Assembly: GCA_049472335.1 (NCBI GenBank)
Contig: JBLIRO010000066.1
Location: forward strand, 1 to 28,056
DNA length: 28,056 bases
Direction of reading: 5' to 3'
Source of the DNA: a bacterium
GTDB lineage: Bacteria > SZUA-182 > DTGQ01 > JAFGSM01
The notes below the pieces were generated by a model. The model was not told where the DNA came from, did no database searches, and saw only the letters and a program-made list of their open reading frames with translations. Shown one piece after another: positions 25,463-28,056 of the stretch; within the stretch, counting starts at the first letter, position 1, and the number at the start of each line of letters is the position of its first letter. Made by a program: the position numbers and the translations under genes.

Positions 25463-26641
25463 TTAGTTCAATCTCTTTTTAATCCCCACAATTCCAAGTA
25501 AACCTAAAATGAGCAATATAAAACTGGAAGGTTCAGGAGCATATGATTCTGCCACTGCCCGGTTCGCCGTCCCGACCGGACTTGAAAGTCTCCCAAAATC
25601 ATCAATTTCCCAATAATTATTCCCATTAGCCTTAAGTGGATCATGTACTATCAACATATTACGAGGTCCGGCATCAATGAAACCCACAACCGTAACCCAA
25701 TGATAACCATCGCCAGGCCAGGCGATGAGAAATTCAACATCCTGTCCTCTTTTTAGCTCCTTTTTAACAAATTCGAAGGTATTTTGCCCTTGGGCGTTTG
25801 GATCATCAACTCCTCCGTGGACCGTAATCGGTAATTTTTTCTCTATCATGTATTTCTTTTTACCAGCCTCTAACTCTCCACGCAATAATCCTGGATATCC
25901 TCGATTATTATTAACTACAGGTGCAGGATTCCAGCCAGGTTTCATTATCTTTGCCAGATCAAGAATGAGTTGTTGCTCATCTACTGTTCCATCAGGCTTT
26001 TTAGGAAGCTTGTCCAGGAGATTATATTTTTTTGCCAACCAAATAAGGGAATTTGCGGTTGATGTAGGACCACATTCCATTTTATATTGCTTGAGATCAT
26101 ATACCCCTCCACGCAAAAATGATTCTATAACTGCAGTATCAGGGGGGGGAGGAGGAGTCGTGGGAGGATTCGCGGGGATAGGCGGTCCACTTTCTCCGGC
26201 CTGTTCCGGAATGCCCCATGTGAATTCATCCGGTGTTATTGAGGCGCTTTGCCAGCTACCATCAGGTACCGGAGGACCTGCTAATGGTTGATCATTAATG
26301 ATAGAATATATGGTTGTTTCTGAAGTTCCGACGGAATTATCAAAATCATAAAACCAGACATGATTTCGTTCTTCCGCTATTTCTGCATTAAGGTATAAGG
26401 GAACATTTTGAATAACCCAGGAGTCATTGTTGCCTACAACGTTTAGATATCCATACTCCGCTTTTATACTATTCTTATCTATGTCAAAACTGAACGTAGC
26501 AGTTCCGGAATACGTGCTAATAACCCTTGATAATTCCAATGAACCAGTAGATAAAAAATCGGCAACTGGCAAAGCCCAACAATAATTAGTAATAAGAATT
26601 AAATTCAAAAAAATAACTACTTGTATTATTCTTTTCCACAT
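25463..26641 (-). CDS. PEP-CTERM-anchored protein with a papain-like (C39-like) cysteine peptidase domain
   Basis: Signal peptide (..CWA); Pro-rich linker; Q....CGPTSTANSL, GYHWVTVVG and HDP catalytic-type motifs; C-terminal APEPSSFILLILGLLGIVGIKKR. Confidence 0.88.
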   Translation of the reverse strand: MWKRIIQVVIFLNLILITNYCWALPVADFLSTGSLELSRVISTYSGTATFSFDIDKNSIKAEYGYLNVVGNNDSWVIQNVPLYLNAEIAEERNHVWFYDFDNSVGTSETTIYSIINDQPLAGPPVPDGSWQSASITPDEFTWGIPEQAGESGPPIPANPPTTPPPPPDTAVIESFLRGGVYDLKQYKMECGPTSTANSLIWLAKKYNLLDKLPKKPDGTVDEQQLILDLAKIMKPGWNPAPVVNNNRGYPGLLRGELEAGKKKYMIEKKLPITVHGGVDDPNAQGQNTFEFVKKELKRGQDVEFLIAWPGDGYHWVTVVGFIDAGPRNMLIVHDPLKANGNNYWEIDDFGRLSSPVGTANRAVAESYAPEPSSFILLILGLLGIVGIKKRLN

Positions 26642-27204
26642 CGTAATTCTTCCTTATAAATATATTAGTTATGGATTCTTTAAACAAAAGAATATATAAA
26701 ATTCAGGATCTTATACAGGAAAAGCCTTTTTATTTCTTTATAAATAAGCCAAAGCGGTTTCATTGTAACCATCCAATTAAAGCATTTTAGTTAATAGTCT
26801 CTATTATTTAATGTTACTGCATTATTGGTTCCATATTTTATTTTTTATTATATATATTTATACGTTAATATTGAGTTAAAAATAGAATTAAAAGTTACTG
26901 TAATAGAAAGATTGTTGCAATTAGCTACATTTTTGGATCTCTAAACTAATAAATTGATATAGCGGTGTTTTAGGTTTTGAAAATAGGCATATAAATTATG
27001 ATAAAGATGGCCTTTACCTTTTTAGATTCCTTTGAATATTCCCGGTAATCAAGAGGAAGGAATATGCATTCGGGCAGAGTTTATATGCAGTCCTTAAACG
27101 TTGAAACGAAATGAGAGATCCATGAGGTTTGAAAAATATCTATATCAAATGATTTCTTAAGGTATTATTAGACATTCTTTAAGGTATGGTTTAAAATTTT
27201 TCAT

Positions 27205-27909
27205 ATGTTGTCGATAGCCTGTTATACCCCTAATTTTATGCCTTGGCCCGGATTTTTTTATAAAGTGATCAGGGCGGATATCTTGGTGCTTTTGGACAAT
27301 GTTCAGTTTCCTCTGGGTATTTCGTGGGTTAACAGGAATAGAATAAAGAATAGAAGCGGGGCCTTTTGGCTCACTGTGCCTGTTTGGAAAAAGGGTAGGG
27401 GAAAACAAGGGATCAAAGGTGTAGAAATATGTAATGAAAAAAACTGGCAGAAAAAGCATTACCTGAGCCTGATACATGCATACAAAAACGCCCCCTATCT
27501 TTCCGAACATATGGATTTTTTTCATGAGCTATATCATCACCATTGGAAAGGGCTTTTAGATCTAAACACGGCTATAATAAGATATCTTCTAAAAGCCCTG
27601 GGAATCGAAAAGGAGATTATTCTAAGTTCGTCATTAAATATGACTGCAAAGGGACAAGAATTGCTGATTCAGATATGCAAAAAGCTCGATGCGGGTTGTT
27701 ATGTAAGCCTATCCACCGGCAGGAAATATATTGATGAAGGATTATTTCAAAGAGAAAAAATCCGGGTCAAGTTCTATTCATACAGACCCGTTGTCTATCC
27801 GCAATTATGGGGAGATTTCAAACCAAATCTTTCTGCAATTGATTTTATATTAAATTGCGGTGGAGACATGGCCTTAGCAATGCTGGGCAGAGAATCATAT
27901 GGAAGTTGA
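27205..27909 (+). CDS. WbqC-like family protein
   Basis: P.FMPWPGFFYK...D..VLLDNVQF....WVNRNRIK...WLTVPV...W.KKH...Y..APY...Y.Q..G.F.PNLS.ID.I.N.G signature. Confidence 0.9.
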   Translation: MLSIACYTPNFMPWPGFFYKVIRADILVLLDNVQFPLGISWVNRNRIKNRSGAFWLTVPVWKKGRGKQGIKGVEICNEKNWQKKHYLSLIHAYKNAPYLSEHMDFFHELYHHHWKGLLDLNTAIIRYLLKALGIEKEIILSSSLNMTAKGQELLIQICKKLDAGCYVSLSTGRKYIDEGLFQREKIRVKFYSYRPVVYPQLWGDFKPNLSAIDFILNCGGDMALAMLGRESYGS

Positions 27910-28056
27910 TAATTAAATTAATGATTTCGAAATTTGGATACCTATGTTGGAAGCCTTCTTGTTTTCATTATAATATATTATTTCAACAAATGCTGAAAGT
28001 AGTATTTATAGTGAAATTATCTTACTAGGAACTTAAAAAAAGGCTGAAACACTCTT

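Noticed and set aside
2281..27734. Short ORFs overlapping the main genes (e.g. 2281-2676, 5672-6181, 8543-8797, 11629-12108, 24295-24762, 25725-26291, 27157-27525)
   Set aside because: They are antisense or alternate-frame shadows of well-supported CDSs and carry no recognisable motifs.
27899..27996. Possible start of a downstream gene (ATG overlapping the WbqC stop; LDTYVGSLLVFII resembling some glycosyltransferase N-termini)
   Set aside because: The ATG frame stops after 5 codons and the other frame is short and closed, so the evidence is insufficient.

Overview
AT-rich bacterial window, probably from a diderm organism (lipoboxes, PEP-CTERM), with no recognisable core housekeeping, rRNA or tRNA genes and no CRISPR array. 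Nearly every intact gene encodes an exported or membrane protein. These are: an LVIVD beta-propeller protein; an FN3 + Asp-box lipoprotein; a two-gene operon of a small 'GGG..TIGQ..GFW' protein and a secreted fibre ending in a peptidase G2-like chaperone; a metzincin lipoprotein and its partner; a 1779-aa internally duplicated membrane protein; a rhomboid protease; a triple jelly-roll protein; a beta-helix/choice-of-anchor Q protein; a PEP-CTERM papain-like peptidase; and a WbqC-family protein. The most striking feature is a ~150-aa two-repeat 'GW..ISLP / GY.RV / G.GYWIL' module shared by three otherwise unrelated secreted proteins, with a diverged relative in a fourth. I propose it is a modular surface-anchoring or docking tag that may also tether the fibre. 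The first 1.1 kb holds gene remnants missed by the ORF track and a short inverted-repeat element, and a second MITE-like element lies at 7389-7564. All family assignments come from motif recognition by eye, not from database searches.
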